From contig MFJU01000006.1 of NCBI GenBank assembly GCA_001779315.1, positions 2,612 through 66,611 of the forward strand: a stretch of 64,000 nucleotides of DNA, in the 5' to 3' direction. The position numbers and the translations under genes were made by a program. This document shows positions 62,574-64,000 of this stretch, one piece after another; position 1 is the stretch's first letter, and every line of letters starts with the position of its first letter. Source of the stretch: Candidatus Gottesmanbacteria bacterium RIFCSPLOWO2_01_FULL_42_22 (GTDB lineage Bacteria > Patescibacteriota > Microgenomatia > 2-02-FULL-39-11). The notes beneath the pieces were generated by a model that did not search any database, had not been told where the DNA came from, and was given only the letters and a program-made list of their open reading frames with translations.

Positions 62574-62602
62574 CCTTCTTCGCTAAAGCTTCGCAGGGCA
62601 GG
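62574..62602 (+). repeat. Short AAAGCTTCGCA-core repeat immediately 3' of the tRNA
   Basis: CCTTCTTCGCTAAAGCTTCGCAGGGCAGG; related copy inside yidC. Confidence 0.6.
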
Positions 62603-62636
62603 CGGAAATGGATTTTCCGGCGAATCGGGAATGGTG

Positions 62637-62747
62637 CTACTTCTTTGATTTTTTGGAAGCGAGATACATAAAAGCAATTATCACACCTATAAGTGATAAT
62701 CCAATTAAAAACAGAGCCCAAAAGATCGTAACATTATCAACAGTCAT
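62637..62747 (-). CDS. 36-aa single-TM microprotein
   Basis: Not in ORF track; SD AAGGAGGT, ATGA overlap with upstream gene; MTVDNVTIFWALFLIGLSLIGVIIAFMYLASKKSKK. Confidence 0.6.
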   Translation of the reverse strand: MTVDNVTIFWALFLIGLSLIGVIIAFMYLASKKSKK

Positions 62748-62941
62748 ACTACCTCCTTAAATAATCTCATTCCAAGCGAAAAAAATAAAGCAGCAATTAC
62801 TAATCCCCAAACCGCCACAATTAATTTTGACAAATTTAGTTCCGAAGAAAACAATCCTAAGACTAATGATGCTAATGATAATTTGGATATATCAAGCGAG
62901 AATTTGGCCATCTCTTCAACCTGACGTTTTGTTAAAACCAT
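62744..62941 (-). CDS. Small two-TM hypothetical protein
   Basis: MVLTKRQVEEMAKFSLDISKL... with two hydrophobic helices; start at ATG 62941 preferred. Confidence 0.65.
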   Translation of the reverse strand: MVLTKRQVEEMAKFSLDISKLSLASLVLGLFSSELNLSKLIVAVWGLVIAALFFSLGMRLFKEVV

Positions 62942-62972
62942 AATGTTGTTAATCTGAATTATTTTATCATAA

Positions 62973-63773
62973 TTACCTGACACAGATCAGGCTGCCGACT
63001 TCTGTTATTGAAGGCAAAATCAATTCAGCATCTTCTCCCTTATCATAAAAAAAAGATGCGCTGCCGCCGTCCAGGTTAAGAATTTCAGTAAATTCCCAGC
63101 GTTTTTGAACATCCGGCTGGAAAAATATGGAAGGCAAATCTACCAAATTAGGGCCGGAGTAGTGATTACCTTTTTCAATAATTGAAATCAGAAATAAGTT
63201 ATTATTTTTGTCTTTTCCGATCACAGAGCGCCTGGCCTGTTCATCCTGAACCAGTTTAAGCTGATAATCCCCGACAATCATAAAAGGCCCTGTTTGAAGA
63301 ATGAAATCTGCTTCTTCAGGAGCTAGCGCCAAATTTCTGCTGAAATTTCTATTACTATCCTTATCCTGCCAGAGAAAACCGGTGATCAGCTGACTTTGAA
63401 TTTGTTTCCCTGCAATTTCACCATGGCTGTAAAAAAGCCCGAGGGGATTCCCGTCTTCCCGGTAAAATCCTCCGTTAATCGCGCTCCGGCAATTATTTTC
63501 CGTAACCAGCTCCTCCGCATTTTTTCCGTTGGTAAAGTTAGGGATTAATAAAATATTATTTTCTGTTTTTATCGGGATAACCAGCAGTTGATAGTCAGTA
63601 TTGTTGAAAATGGTTTCAATTACTTCTCCATTGGGAACAGTCAGCGGGGTCGGGGAAGGCTCTTCTTTAACCGGAATTTCAATTGGAGTAATCGGAACCG
63701 CTTCCTTAACTTTATTTACTAACAGTCCTATAGTTGCTGCCAGAAGAAAAATTACAAAAAGCCATTTTGTCAT
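62973..63773 (-). CDS. Phosphodiester glycosidase (NAGPA/DUF2233) family exported protein
   Basis: AINGGFY, LQTGP, ARRSVIG, ILNLDGGSAS. Confidence 0.85.
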   Translation of the reverse strand: MTKWLFVIFLLAATIGLLVNKVKEAVPITPIEIPVKEEPSPTPLTVPNGEVIETIFNNTDYQLLVIPIKTENNILLIPNFTNGKNAEELVTENNCRSAINGGFYREDGNPLGLFYSHGEIAGKQIQSQLITGFLWQDKDSNRNFSRNLALAPEEADFILQTGPFMIVGDYQLKLVQDEQARRSVIGKDKNNNLFLISIIEKGNHYSGPNLVDLPSIFFQPDVQKRWEFTEILNLDGGSASFFYDKGEDAELILPSITEVGSLICVR

Positions 63774-63809
63774 CCACTAATTATACCTCCGAGAGTATAA
63801 TGAGAATAA

Positions 63810-64000
63810 ATGCTTGATCGGAAGAAACGCTATCTGCAGATTGCCTTAAATAGTACTCTAGAGGAAGGTTATGACATCATTGACAGTTTACCACCCAGCG
63901 ACCGGATCCTGATTGAAGCCGGAACCCCCCTTATTAAAAGATACGGGTTGGAAGCGATCCGTTCTTTACGTGCCCGTTGGGCCTGGAAAAATACAGCCGA
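63810..64000 (+). CDS. 3-hexulose-6-phosphate synthase/OMPDC-fold protein (partial, runs off window)
   Basis: Not in ORF track; MLDRKKRYLQIALNS...ILIEAGTPLIKRYGLEAIRSLR matches the HPS N-terminal motifs. Confidence 0.7.
   Translation, partial: MLDRKKRYLQIALNSTLEEGYDIIDSLPPSDRILIEAGTPLIKRYGLEAIRSLRARWAWKNTA

Noticed and set aside
62468-62721. Minus-strand ORFs 62468-62677 and 62518-62721
   Set aside because: They overlap the tRNA antisense; the 36-aa ORF 62637-62747 has better SD and coupling support.
62500-63773. tRNA-anchored genomic island
   Set aside because: No adjacent integrase and no duplicated tRNA 3' end seen within the window.
1-64000. CRISPR array, rRNA genes, or alternative genetic code 25
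   Set aside because: No regularly spaced direct repeats or rRNA-like segments were noticed; conserved genes such as nrdJ and murB end properly at TGA.

Overview
Origin-proximal chromosomal window of a Patescibacteria (CPR) genome, most consistent with Microgenomates. This assignment is inferred from gene content; TGA is a stop, so code 11. Housekeeping content: a partial form III-like RuBisCO at the left edge (missed by the ORF track), nadE-nadD, the jag-yidC-yidD-rnpA-rpmH / dnaA-oriC-dnaN core, rnhA, rplY, tandem class A PBPs, murB, a Xer-like recombinase and a tRNA-Ile(UAU). Larger modules: (1) dispersed T4SS-like genes (PrgI, VirB4, four VirB2-like pilins, VirD4-like ATPase) with several large orphan proteins; (2) an ECF-sigma-led mevalonate/uppS operon with an archaeal-type upper pathway; (3) a cobalamin module: nrdR-nrdJ-pduO, a cobalamin riboswitch, an 877-aa orphan, DUF4430 and a DUF6580/S-component-like transporter. 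The most unusual item is a 1344-aa ClpC-like AAA+ protein. Its ClpP-docking loop is replaced by a ~300-aa four-repeat, hemopexin-propeller-like insertion, and it is encoded divergently from the PrgI-VirB4 cluster. All calls come from reading motifs by eye; no database searches were run.
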